A DNA stretch of 64,000 bases from assembly GCA_951406725.2 (NCBI GenBank), contig OX597817.1, positions 91,512,001 through 91,576,000 of the forward strand. The letters are read 5' to 3'. Position 1 is the stretch's first letter. The number at the start of each line of letters is the position of its first letter. Below the pieces are notes generated by a model. It saw nothing but the letters and a program-made list of their open reading frames with translations. It searched no databases and was not told where the DNA came from. The DNA comes from Octopus vulgaris (Eukaryota). Both the position numbers and the translations under genes were made by a program. This document shows positions 13,301 through 25,748 of the stretch, piece by piece.

Positions 13301-14004
13301 AAGAATATGTATAGTTTTATATATGCAAAGTAATTACTTTATTTTTTATAATTTCTTTTGAATAATAAGTGCATGCCCTCTGTAGGGCTTGTGACAAGGG
13401 CTCTGTCTCCTTGGTCCTGAAACTCCAAATGAAGCTCAATCTCCAAAAGATTAAATGAAAATCTAACAAAAACGCTCAGATTACACTTGTTTACTGAGTT
13501 ATTTGTTAAATATCTTTACCTGCTGTCAAACATTATGATGAAAAGAATAATTTTGTGCCCAAGAGTAGTTTTATTCTGGGCCATCACATCTGTCACACTT
13601 CAGATCTTGTTTCAGTTTAAATGTGCATATCAAACACAGCTTCACTACTATAGGGAGTTAGGTCTGTTTTCAAGGTCTATAAGAAAACTTAAAATCAGTT
13701 GTTTACAGTAATTGATGATAAACATTAATCTGTCAAATAATTCTGGAAAATTACACCATGCAATGACTCATTGGTTTTTGGTAAAACTTGAGTCCCAATT
13801 AAGGAAGACCATATGGTAGTGGATGAAACAGTTTCCATAAAGAGTTACCTTGTACAAATGGCAGAAGCAATGGGATTTCAAGAATTCGATACATATAATA
13901 TTCAGGGTTTATTGTATGATGATAATAAGGCCCTAACCTATGTAAACCTTAATGATTAACAGAACCATAAGTGTATAGAACAGATAACAAAAAAAAAAAC
14001 TCAG

Positions 14005-14255
14005 CACAGCATGTAAAAAGCATCATTCGAGCATGATTGTTGCCAGCATCACCTGACTGGCTGCTGTGCCAGTGGCATGTAAAAGCACCCACTACACTCT
14101 CAGAGTGGTTGGCATTAGGAAGGGCATCTAGCTGTAGCAACTTTGCCTGATCAGATTGGAGCCTGATGCAGCATTCTGGCTCACCAGCTCTCAGTCAAAC
14201 CATCCAACCCATACCAGCATGGAAAGCGGATGTTAAACGATGATGATGATGATGA
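14005..14255 (+). mobile_element. SINE family C copy
   Basis: GAGTGGTTGGCATTAGGAAGGGCATC...GGATGTTAAACGATGATGATG. Confidence 0.75.
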
Positions 14256-15666
14256 TATAGAGAGAAATGTATGTAGATATAAAGTTAACTAAGTAGATAG
14301 GCAAACAGAAAGCCAGACAGATAGATATATGTTTGTGTGCTTTTGGATTGTAACGAGCTTGATAAAATAACCACCAGACAAAGTACTGGGTCGATATGAT
14401 AAACTAAAACAGTTGTAGGCAGTGCTCCAGCATGGCCACAGCCCATTGATTGAAACCAGTAAGTAGGCAAGAAGAGGAATGTGTAATAATCTTGTCAGAC
14501 AGCTGCCATTGCATAAAAGTGTGTGAGATGATTCAATTAAAGCTGATCCAATATATATGAAATACATTAAAGTGACATCCTTTTTCTAATTATGACATAA
14601 TGTAAAATAGCAGTCACAAATGGCTGTCTGCATAGTAACAAATCTTGCCTTTTTTCATGTGTATTTTTTACTGCAAGACTTTATTCCTTGCCAATATTCA
14701 ACTTGTTCCTGATGTTCTTTCTCACAATATCTCGTTACTTTCCTCTACAATATTTGCTTTCTTCTTTTTTTTTAAGATGTTCTTCATGTTTTATCATGAA
14801 TAACTGAAATCTGATCAGATATTTGAAGATATTTTTTGCTGTCTCAGCATAGGGAGAAAAAACAAGAAAAGACATTTAGTAATAAGAAGTGTTATTTCAA
14901 GGATTGTTGTTGCCAAAAGTAGTACGGATAACTACAGTGATAAAGTATCAGATAATCAATTGGGTATGGAGATGAAGACATTGAGAGAGAGTACTGTAAC
15001 TATTCTTCCATTGGTGCAGAGATGATTGTGTGATTAAGAAGTTTACTTCACAACCCTGTACTCAAGATTTGATCCGACTGTGCAACACATTTGGGTATTG
15101 TTTTCTTCTATAATCTTGGGGTGGCCAATACAATGCATTGGATGGAAACTGTATGCAAGCCTGTCATAAATGTGAGTGTGTGTGTGTGTGTTACTAGCAA
15201 CAAAAGCAGTATTAGTCAAGATAGCATTTGGCATATCCTACTTGACTTAGATGTACTGTAGAAAACCACACAACTGCAGAATTCATCTCAAGGTAGCCTC
15301 TAATCTAGATGTATAGTGCTAAAAAGCACAGAAATATACCAATAGCAAAAGAAAACAGTTTATAGCAGTGGCGGAATTGCTGGATCTAGATTTTAACCTC
15401 TGTGAGCATCATTAGTATCAAGTATCCACTTAGTAACTGCATGCTTAGATTAATTTAGCTGCTGTTGATACTGAAAAGCAGTGATTAACAAAACACTAGG
15501 ATCACAAATAGAATCAGTATCAGTTCAAAATAGCATTTTGTATATCCGACTTAACATGAACAAACTATAGAGAGCCACACAACTGCAGAATTGTTCACTA
15601 GATATACAATCATATACGAGCCTAGGTCCTAATGAATCCTCACAACTAAATTATATATATATATAT

Positions 15667-16110
15667 ATATATTAATAAAAGGAATTCCAACCTTGTCTGA
15701 TTTTCACGTTTTATTTACAATCTTATAATGATATATTATAAGATAATATATTATAATTGAATAAAATAAATTGAAATAGTAGAATGTTAAATGTTCATTC
15801 TGATTGAACTAGTACTTTCATGCATTGAATTCTGCAATCTTCGGGTTCATGTAGTAGTGGTGACAGTCATGCTTCACAATTTTTGACAGTCAAAAATTGT
15901 GAAGCATGACTGTCACCACTACTACATGAACCCCGAAGATTGCAGAATTCAATGCATGAAAGTACTAGTTCAATCAGAATGAACATTTAACATTCTACTA
16001 TTTCATTTTATTTTATTCAATTATAATATATTATCTTATAATATATCATTATAAGATTGTAAATAAAACGTGAAAATCAGACAAGGTTGGAATTCCTTTT
16101 ATTAATATAT
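15667..16110. repeat. Near-perfect 444-bp palindrome (221-bp arms, 1-nt centre at 15888) with a hammerhead in each arm
   Basis: By eye the arms differ by one substitution and one C indel. It starts in (TA)n. Confidence 0.92.
15805..15849 (-). ncRNA. Minimal hammerhead motif, CCGAAGA core (mirror copy at 15927-15972, + strand)
   Basis: TGAAC-CCGAAGA-TTGCA GAATTCAA TGCAT-GAAAG-TA-CTA-GTTCA. Helix III is the palindrome AGTACT. Confidence 0.65.
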
Positions 16111-17296
16111 TCTTCTATACACAATCACACACACCCATATATATATATATACATACATACATACACACACATACACACATATAGATACATACATAGACAC
16201 ACACACATATATCTGTTACATATTAGGTCAACAATAATGTCGAGGCCCCAGCTATGGCTCATTATAGTATTACAGGTGTTTTTTACATTAAGCCAAGTTA
16301 GCCAAACACAAAAGCAATATCATTAGGATTTCATCTAAATCAATGAGTTCTGTATTGTTAGATAGTAAAATAATAGTTTTTCACATTAGCACAACCATCA
16401 GTGTTAGAGTGGGAGTGTAGTTAATAAATTTTATTGTCTTGTCTCGTATATGACTGGTATATAATATTATTAGTCCAGATGGCATTTGACCTGAGAATGT
16501 AGTGGGAGATGAACTAAATTCTGAAAGACATTCTTCCAGTATCTTCTGTATTCTGCCATTCTGAAATGCCAGGACAGTGTAATTTATAAATGTGAAGGCG
16601 ATTTCTGAATTATTTGATTGATCTAAAACCTAATGTCTCAACTAGTTTCCTTAATCTTTTCCAGCAAGACTCAATTCACTGAGGACTTCCATCATCACAG
16701 TAATCATTGTCTTGTATATACGTACATGAGTGTGTGTGTGTGTGTGTGCTCAACTCAACTTGACAGTTCCTAAATGAAGAAATCAATCATCGATTATCTC
16801 ACTTCTGGCCATAAAAATACAATGGTGAATCTGACTGAGTCATAGCTGGATATGAATAGAATATGCATTGGATACAAATAATGTCTTGGCACAGTGTAGA
16901 TAATGACAATGGTGTTCTTTAATTCAACTCAAAGGTTCTATGCTTTAATGGAGAAGATATTTGAGAATAGGAACATCAATTCTCTGATCATTGATCTCAA
17001 ATTTAGCGATGAATACCATCATCATCATCACATTTCCATTATGTCATGGGTCAGATAAGAATATGATGAGGCAGATTTTTCCACAGTCAGATGCCTGGTA
17101 TCCTTCCTCCTACCAACTGTCATTTGTTTCCAAACAAAGTAATAATTTCCCAGTTTATAGAGCAATAAACAACCTGGATTTGGTTATGTGGAAAACTGGA
17201 AACAAACAACAATCTTTGAATGAGTCTTTTGTTTACACATGTGAAAGCAAGCCCAAATGTAAGCTGACACAAGCATACACTTGCATACACACATAC

Positions 17297-17376
<80 letters not shown>

Positions 17377-17387
17377 GTATATATATA

Positions 17388-18340
17388 GAGAAAGAGAATT
17401 CACAAAAAAAACAGTAAACGATGACAGGTGGTTTAGACAACAAACAAATGTATTTGTTTAATGCTCGGAAAGTGAAAAAGTCTTTAACGTTTCGAGCCTA
17501 CGGTCTTCCACAGAGAGGAACACAAAAAGAAATAAGGAGAGAAAATAAAGAACGTGTAGTGGCTAGCAATCTATCATGGCGAATGCCAGACAGAGGGGTC
17601 ACACAGGAGAGCTAGGAAGAAGGGGAGATAATAAAGTGATCCCAAAACAAAGGTGTGTGAGCATGTGTATAAGAGAGCATGTATGTACATGTGGAAGAGG
17701 GCTGGTGACCTTGACGTGTGTGTGTGTGTATGTGTAGGTGTGTGGATGATGGTGTGGGGCTGGGGAGTGGTCAGTGCTAGTATGTGCTTGGTGGTGTGAT
17801 GTGATGTGGTATTGTGTGGTATGGTGGCGTATGGTGTAGTGGTATGTGGTGGGGTGGGATGGAATGGACAGGGAAGGTGGAGTTACAATGAAGGGAGAGG
17901 GCGAGGGGAGAAGGTGGGTAGGAGTGAAGAGTAGAAGTAGGAGTCAGAGCAAGAGAGGAGAGGTGGGTGAGAGGAAGTAGGTGTGAGAGGGAGAGAGGAG
18001 AGGGGAGAAGGGTTAGATGAAGAGAGGAGGAGAGTTGAGCCCATGTGGCGCAAAGGAGCAAAGAGAGAAGTTTAATCCCTGTTCACGGCGCAAATGGGAG
18101 TCCAGCTGACCCTTGTGCAAAGACAATCCGAACACAGACAGGTGTTGCAAAGAGTGACCGGTAGAGCAGAAATGGCGTGAGACCAAGGTGTCATTGTTTA
18201 GTCGGATGTCTCGGAGGTGCTCCATGAACCGGTCAGCCAAATGGCATCCTGTTTGTCCAATGTATAGAGAAGAGCAGAGAGAGCAGGAGATGCAGTAGAC
18301 GATATTGGTAGAAGTGCAGGTGAAGGAGTCGGTGATATGA
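17388..18340 (-). mobile_element. 5'-truncated Penelope-like retroelement (GIY-YIG endonuclease plus 3' pLTR)
   Basis: ORF 18013-18340: FTCTSTNIVYCISCSLCSSLYIGQTG...RFMEHLRDI...VSRHF...GH...PHGLN. Flanked by (TA)n on both sides. Confidence 0.88.
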
Positions 18341-18432
18341 CATATATATATATATATATAATGCATTGTTCGGTGATAGAAAGATCAACAAAAGAGGTAC
18401 TCCATCTGATGAGAGCACAATACATGTTTTAA

Positions 18433-18490
18433 GTGCTACTAATAGTTTCCTATGTTGAAAATTATCTCAAACATATTCATCAGGCACAAA
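18433..18490 (-). ncRNA. Minimal hammerhead motif with canonical core, in a PLE-type terminus (18361-18560)
   Basis: TTTGTGC-CTGATGA-ATATGTT..AACATAG-GAAAC-TATTA-GTA-GCAC. Same family as 50817 and 51073. Confidence 0.78.
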
Positions 18491-19383
18491 CCACAAATCA
18501 TCATGAACTAAAAAATTAAATAAGAGAAGAAATGCATAAAAGTTGAGAAGGCAGCATATATGGAGAAAGAGAGAGAAAAAGAGAGAGAGAGAAGAGAGAA
18601 AGAGAGAGAGATAAAGTCAAATAAAGTCACTTAGTGTATATAGGGTGCTTTTCATAGAACTAATGCTCTTGGGGTAGCCTTGCAGCTTGCAAAGTAAAAG
18701 AAAGCATTTAAGAATAACACATCTAAACTACATTTCAGTTGGAGATCATATTCCTCAAAATATTATTATCATCCACTCATCTTAGAATAATTATGAAAAT
18801 GTGAAGATGTGACATACTGTCTTTCCTAAATTTCTTGCTAATAGTATATGATGGTCTCTGTGTCGCGTTGGCAATTAAGTGTTGCTGCTGCATGAGCATA
18901 TTGTTTCTGTTTCAGGTAATGGCCTACCCACTACAATTTTCTACAACGCAGAAACAGTTGTATATAAAGTGGAGGTGATGTCAAAGGATCCCAGTCAGTA
19001 AGCAGAGATACACATGTATCTACAAGTCCACAGAATTTTACGGTTGACCACCCTCCCCATCCCCACTTTCTGCCTCCTTCATACTTATCAAGCCCTTCTC
19101 ATTTACACTCTATCCTCAGCCCTATTCTTCAGGCATTTATCCTTTACACTGTAATGGCAGAATATGATCCTTTCCAAAGAGCATAAATAACAAAAAATTC
19201 CTCTCTGGGCTTTTCCTGTGAGATGTTTATTTTTCAGAACGCCCAGAAATCAGAAGTGACACTTCTTGACTTCCAGTGGAAAAGCCATTGTCAAGCTCTC
19301 ATTAAAAAAAAAAAAATTTATAAAATTAGCTGAAATGAATCTATAATAAGGTCTTTGAATACATATTAAAATATATATATATA

Positions 19384-20087
19384 CAGAGTCCAGCAATAAA
19401 ATGCATATACACTTCAGGGACAGAAAAATCTGTAGAAATATTCCACAACAAATTTTATTCAGTCATCTCTATTTTGCCCTTTTCTTTTTTTTTTTGCTAT
19501 GTAGATAAAGTAGTCAATTGACCAGGAGTCAATGTCTGATGTAGAGTGTTAGTGAGAGGTTTAATAGGATCATTTTTCCTTGAACGTTCTGTTACTGATG
19601 AAATATACATAGACATGCTATGCATGTCCATCTTACCTGTCATACATGCATTTTGGATACGATGAATTTTTCTTTCAACAAGGTGGTGCACAATCACACT
19701 ACTGCTGAGATGTATAAGCTTACCTGGATGAGAATTTGCAAGAACATTGGCTAAGATATGATTTAAAAACTGCAGAATTTTACTTAAGGGATACCCTAAA
19801 GGATGTCATGCATTGCAGAAAACCAGCTACACTGACAGCCCTTCAGGAAGAAACTGACACAGCATGTGCAACAATCCCACTGAACACTTTGACTAACGTT
19901 GCCCAAGCAGCAGTTCACCATACTAAGTGTCTGGTAACTAGCAGTCACCAGTTTGTGCACCTTTTGTAACTGTAGAAATTAAAGGTAACTTGTATTAATC
20001 CCATGTTGTCTGAATAAAATTAGTATTAAAATGTTTCTAAATATTTTTCTATCTTGAGATTTGTATACATTTTTTTGACAGACTCAG
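19384..20087 (+). mobile_element. Internally deleted Tc1/mariner (rosa/DD41D-like) transposon
   Basis: Imperfect TIRs CAGAGTCCAGCAATAAAATGCATATAC / GTATACATTTTTTTGACAGACTCAG with TA flanks. Remnant peptides GLIGSFF, FFFQQGGAQSH and LKDVMHCRKPATLTALQEE. Confidence 0.7.
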
Positions 20088-20164
<77 letters not shown>

Positions 20165-20201
20165 GTCTGTCTGTCAGTCTATCTATCTATCTATCTATCT
20201 A

Positions 20202-20257
<56 letters not shown>

Positions 20258-20261
<4 letters not shown>

Positions 20262-21140
20262 TAAAATGGTAAGATAACAAAAGAAAGAAAGAGACCTCAA
20301 TATTATGTAAATAGAGGAAATTTATCTATACAATAATATGTTACATTACTAATTTAAAAATTAGTTTTAGTTCCACTACCAATTTTAAAAACATAATCAA
20401 ACATAACATACAAAAAGCACAACAAGAAAACAGCTGTTCATGCAGGAATAAAGAATTGTGCCTGCTAAATGGAGCTTGCATGTCCAAGACCATCATATAT
20501 GAAGCTACCGTAAACTCTATAACCACTAAAGACACCGTTTCAACGAAGAAATATGTGGGCCTTACAGAGGGTAACTTCAAGGCCAGATTCAATAACCACA
20601 CTTTGAGCTTTAGGCACTGGAACAAAAGAAAAGCGACACAATTATCTAATCATATTTGGTCTTTAAGAGACAAAGGTGTCGATTATAACATACATCGGAA
20701 GATTTTGGCCAGATGTAAGCCCTATACCAACGGCAGCGGAAGGTGCGGTCTATGCGACATGGAGAGATGGCTTATCTGGAAAAGCAGCTTAGACCCTACT
20801 ACATGTCTAAACACAAGGACAGAACTTTTCGGATCATGCCCACATGTGACTAAATTTCTGTTACTTTTTGGTCCCCTAAAGAAAACAGATAGAACATGCT
20901 TTCTATGTTATGTCCCAAGAAGATTTTATATATTTTTTATGTATTTTTATATAATTTTTATTGCGAAAAATGCGAGCGATGTATAAGTACGCAGGCAAGC
21001 AGAGTTATAACACAGTAATTTCCCTTTGTATAACGGTATTTTTTCATAGCCAGATAACCGAAGAGATGTCGTGGATTCCCACTTTGGCATCTGAAACTCA
21101 GAGTTTTATCTTGGCTATCGAGTAATGTAACATATTATAG
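20258..21140 (+). mobile_element. 5'-truncated Penelope element: GIY-YIG endonuclease ORF, 3' pLTR and short inverted pLTR end at the 5' side
   Basis: CSCRNKELCLLNGACMSKTIIYEATV...KYVGLTEGNFKARFNNH...TQLSNHIWSLRD...CGLC...LNTRTELFGSCPH. 20334-20350 is the reverse complement of 21121-21137. (TA)n on both sides. Confidence 0.9.
21046..21118 (+). ncRNA. Hammerhead motif in the PLE 3' pLTR, CCGAAGA core
   Basis: ATAGCCAGATAA-CCGAAGA-GATGTC..GGCATC-T-GAAAC-TCAGA-GTT-TTATCTTGGCTAT. Confidence 0.7.
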
Positions 21141-21445
21141 TATATATATATATATGAAACCAGCAGCAGCTGCATTATTTTACCGTGCATTTTCCATGCT
21201 GTTAAATTCTGTTGATGTTGGTTTTCTGTGGTTGGATGCCCTTCCTGTACCAATCATCTCCTGTTTCCAAAATAATGTAATATTTTCGTTGACTGGATAT
21301 GTTTCCATGAAAAGCTAGAAACAGATAACACTGCCTGTGTGTCAGTGGCACTTGCTTGCAAATATCCTGTGATGTCAAAACAAGAAAACTCTCAGTCACA
21401 AACACACTACACACATAACTCTGTGCGTGAGTGTATGTGAATGCA

Positions 21446-21489
<44 letters not shown>

Positions 21490-21492
<3 letters not shown>

Positions 21493-21897
21493 GAGTGGCC
21501 ATGTGGTAAGTAGCTTGTTTACCAACCACATGGTTCCGGGTTCAGTCCCACTGCGTGGCACCTTGGGCAAGTGTCTTCTACTATAGTCTCGGGCCGACCA
21601 AAGCCTTGTGAGTGGATTTGGTAGACAGAAACTGAAAGAAGCCCGTTGTATATATGTATATATATGTATGTGCGTGTATGTTTGTGTGTGTGTTTGTCCC
21701 CCTAGCATTGTTTGACAACCGATGCTGGTGTGTTTATGTCTCCGTCACTTAGCGGTTCGGCAAAAGGGACCGATAGAATAAGTACTGGGCTTACAAAGAA
21801 TAAGTCCCGGGGTCGATTTGCTCGACTAAAGGCGGTACTCCAGTATGGCCACAGTCAAAATGACTGAAACAAGTAAAAAGAGAGAAAAAGAAAAAGA
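21490..21897 (+). mobile_element. SINE family A (tRNA-derived head, CORE-like domain), full length and least diverged
   Basis: A-box-like TGTGGTAAG, B-box GGTTCAGTCCC, GGCACCTTGGGCAAGTGTCTT and an A-rich tail. More than 10 further partial copies occur in the window (e.g. 1760-1905, 3770-3915, 4085-4390, 38020-38170, 55655-55990). Confidence 0.85.
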
Positions 21898-21921
21898 TAT
21901 ATATATATATATATGTATATA

Positions 21922-22194
21922 TAAATTAGAGAAAAACCACTAACATGTAATTCAAACAATGAATAAACCATATCATATAGAAAAAATAAAATATATTACA
22001 AAACACATATCTAGATCACAAAAAGTACAAAATAATGAATAGAGATTATATAATAAGTAATGTAATGTTTATTCATTATTTTGTACTTTTTGTGATCTAG
22101 TTATATGTTTTATAATATATTTTATTTTTTCTTTATGATTTGGTTTATGTCTATCATTGTTTGAATTACATAATAGTGGTTTTCCTCTAATTTA
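21922..22194. repeat. Fold-back inverted repeat, ~120-bp arms, in (TA)n
   Basis: TAAATTAGAGAAAAACCACTA...CTAGATCACAAAAAGTACAAAATAATGAATA is mirrored at 22070-22194. Confidence 0.85.
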
Positions 22195-22296
22195 CACATA
22201 TATATTTATATTGTGAAATTTGATTTAATACTAAATTGAATTTTTCCCTGTAAGTTTGGAGTTATACTCCCTAATATTATTATTATTATATACATA

Positions 22297-22755
22297 TCAT
22301 CATCATCATCATTTAGCATCCGCTTTCCATGCTAGCATGGGTTGGACGGTTCAACTGGGGTCTGTGAAGCTGGAAGTCTTTGTCAGGCCCAGTCAGATCT
22401 GGCAGTGTTTCTACGGCTGGATGCCCTTCCTAACGCCAACCACTCCATGAGTGTAGTGGGTATTTTTTACGTGCCACCTGCACAGGTGCCAGACAGAGCT
22501 GGCAAACGGCCACGAACGGATGGTGCTTTTACGTGTCACCGGCACGGGGCCAGGCGATGCTGGCAACGGACACGAACGGATGGTGCTTTTATGTGCCACT
22601 GACACGGGGCCAGACAGAGCTGGCAAACGGCCACGAACGGATGGTGCTTTTACGTGTCACCGGCACGGGGGCCAGGCAAGGCTGGCAACGGACACGAACG
22701 GATGGTGCTTTTACGTGCCACCGACACGGGGCCAGACAGAGCTGGCAAATGGCCA
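22297..22755 (-). mobile_element. SINE family C copy with GC-rich ~60-bp tandem array (22460-22755)
   Basis: (CAT)n tail on the left. Repeated unit CACGAACGGATGGTGCTTTTACGTG..ACCG.CACGGGGCCAG. Confidence 0.8.
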
Positions 22756-23414
22756 TATATTCTTTTATTTGTTTCAGTCATTTGACTGTTGGCCATGCTG
22801 GAGTATCACCTTAATGTGTGTATGTGTGTGTGTGTGTGTTTCCATCTACTAAACCCACTCACAAGGCTTTGGGCAGCCTGAGGCTATAATAGAAGAAACT
22901 TGTCCATGGTGCCACACAGTGGCACTGAACCTGGAACCATGTGGTTGGGATGTACACTTCTTACCGCACAGTCACACTTCTTAAATTATACTTTGATTTC
23001 TTTCTATTTCTATTATATCTACTGTGTCCGGAAATGATAACAATTATGCTGATGCATACACAGAGTTTTGATGGCTTTTGTATGATGTTATGGTAATTTA
23101 AAAACTGATGATCAGATATCCAGAAAATTCAGTTATCTGGCAACCCTCTGGTCTAAATAGTTTTGGATCAGGGAGTGTTTGTTGTGTGTGTATGTGTTTA
23201 CTGGCACCTGTGCTGGCGGCATGTAAAAAGCACCCACTACACTCTTGGTGTGGTTGGTGTCAGGAAAGGCATCAAGCTGTAGAAACCATGCCAAATCAGA
23301 CTGAAACTTGGTCCTGCTTATTTGCTTAACAGTCTTCAGTCAAACCATCCAACCTATGCCAGCATGGAAAATGGATCTTAAATGATGATGATGATGATGG
23401 TGTGTGTGTGTGTA

Positions 23415-24274
23415 CAAGGTGCGGTCAATATATTGTTCTATGAATAAGGCAAAAAGGAAAATAACACTGACATCTCATTTTAATAGATATATTTACAAAA
23501 ATTGCATAAAAATATCTTGAAATACTAAAAAGTATATTTATTCAATAAAATCGCCTTTGGCTTCAATCACAGTCTCCAGACAACTTCAGAATCTCCTACA
23601 ACTCTTCTGGACTGTCTCCTTGTTTAAGTTGGTGAATGCTGCTTTCACTTCACTTTTGGTGTTACAAAGTGTTTTGTTGGTTTCCCACTCAACTGCACCC
23701 CACACATAATAATCAAAGGAGTTGCAGTCTGGGGAATTAGGTGGCCAGATGTTAGGGGTGATGTGCTCAAAGAAATTGTCTGACAGCCATGACTGGGTTC
23801 TCTTGCTTGTGTGGCATGGTGCAGAGTCCTGTTGCCAGACATAAAGCCTTCCAGCAGCCACCCTCTTGACCCAGGGCAGCACTACCTCCTCCAAGCACTT
23901 GATGTAGGCCTTCGTTTTGATTATGAGGCCATGTTGGAAGATGAATGAAGGCATTACGTCGCCATCAATAGTGATCACTCCAAACACCATGATGTTGACT
24001 GGATGTCTGATTTCTTATCATTCTTGGTACATGACCTCAGATTGAGACCTAAACACTCTGAAATGTTCATATTGGAACTTCGAGGGTGAATACCAAGCAG
24101 TAAAGCATATAATTTCCAAATTTCTGGCAGAGTGATTTGACATGGTGCAGTTTTTCTTACAGACGGTGCCCAACTGACTCTACTATACTGTGTAGTCAAC
24201 AGAATCAAAACCAAACAATGTGCAAGCGCAAAATAAAAAATATAAAATAGCAACAATTTACCCATCGCACCCTG
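23415..24274 (-). mobile_element. Internally deleted DD37D (maT-type) Tc1/mariner transposon
   Basis: WQQDSAPCH...WPPNSPDCNSFDYYVWG has 37 residues between the 2nd and 3rd D. Imperfect TIRs CAAGGTGCG.. / ..CGCACCCTG with TA flanks. Confidence 0.88.
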
Positions 24275-24279
24275 TATGT

Positions 24280-24323
<44 letters not shown>

Positions 24324-25748
24324 GTGTCTGGGGAGAGTCATTTTCTTTTGTGCCTTATAATTTAATCCAAAAACGAAATATATATATATATGTATATATA
24401 TATATACACACACACATACATACATGCATACACACACACATATAGATATGTATACTAGAGAGAGAGGGAGAAGGGGAAGAGGAATTGATAAATATTTTAT
24501 TTCAAAAGGCGAAGAATTTAAAGACATGAGTGAAGTAGAGATGAAAAATGGAAGAAGAAATTAATGATGGAAGTAATAGAAAAACATATTGAGAACAAGA
24601 ATGACTGAAGAAGGAAAAATATAATGAAAGAAAGAGACTGATAATCAAAGGAAAATAAATACAGGAAAGAAGTATTGATGCAATTGTAAGGAATGAAATA
24701 TTGATGTGATAGAAATGCAATTGTAATTTTCAGATATATACATATATATATATATATATGGAAATGAATTTACCAAAAAAAAGATATTTACAAACTTGTG
24801 ATTTGAATCACAGTGAAAGGCTAGAAGTGACAGTCTACTTCTGTACGTTTGCTGTAATAAAAGAAAGGAAGAAAACAAAGCAATTTAAAATCTGATAATT
24901 GATAAATATATATGAATGTGAGCTTTTCGTGCACATGTGTGAGTGAGTTTTTTTATGCATGGGTTTTTCATGTGTGTATGTGTGTATAGCAGTATGGTAG
25001 CAAGTTTACTTCCCAACTGCACAGTTTCAGGTTCAGTCCCACGGTGTGGCAAGTTTTGCCAAATGTTTTCTACTGCAGACATGGGTCAATGAAAGCCTTG
25101 TGAGTGGATTTCATTGATGAAAACTGAAAGAGAGCCATCATATATGTATGTGTGTGTGTGTGTGTGTATGTGCGTGCATATGTATGTGTACTCTCACACA
25201 CACGTGTATGTGTCTACTACTGTCTTACATCACACAATAGTTGTGTAACCATTATGCAAGTGGTGTTCATTTCCAATCTTCTATGGAAACACTCTTAAAT
25301 GTATATATATATTTATGTCTTGGAAACATGAGGATTAGTCATCCAGCTGTAAAAAATTCACCTCAACAAATTTTGTTTCACACATGCAAGCATGGAAAAG
25401 ATGGTGGAGCATGATCTTCGAATGTTGGGCCTCACATAGGTAATGACAAGTCACTGAGACCTTGGTAATATGCTGTGCTTGTCATGCCAGTTTCATATAA
25501 ATGACACCTATGAAATGGTAGTTGTGGCCATTACCGATGTCATGTAAATGGCACCTATGCTTGTAGCATGTAACAGCACTCTCAGAGTGGTTGGCATTTG
25601 GAAGTGCATCCATTCGTAGAAACCATGCCAAATCAGACTGGAACCTGGTGCAACTCTTTGGCTTACCAGTTTGAGCCAAACCGAGTAACCTATGCCTGCA
25701 TGGAAAGTGGATGTTAAATGATGATGGTGATGATGATATATATATATA

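Noticed and set aside
13380-13900. Possible L1/Tx1 3' remnant
   Set aside because: Only vague Cys-containing fragments, too degraded to support.
21490-21570. tRNA gene
   Set aside because: A/B-box-like motifs belong to the SINE head, and no complete cloverleaf forms.
22460-22755. Regularly spaced repeats resembling a CRISPR array
   Set aside because: The units are contiguous tandem repeats without unique spacers, the context is eukaryotic, and there are no cas genes.
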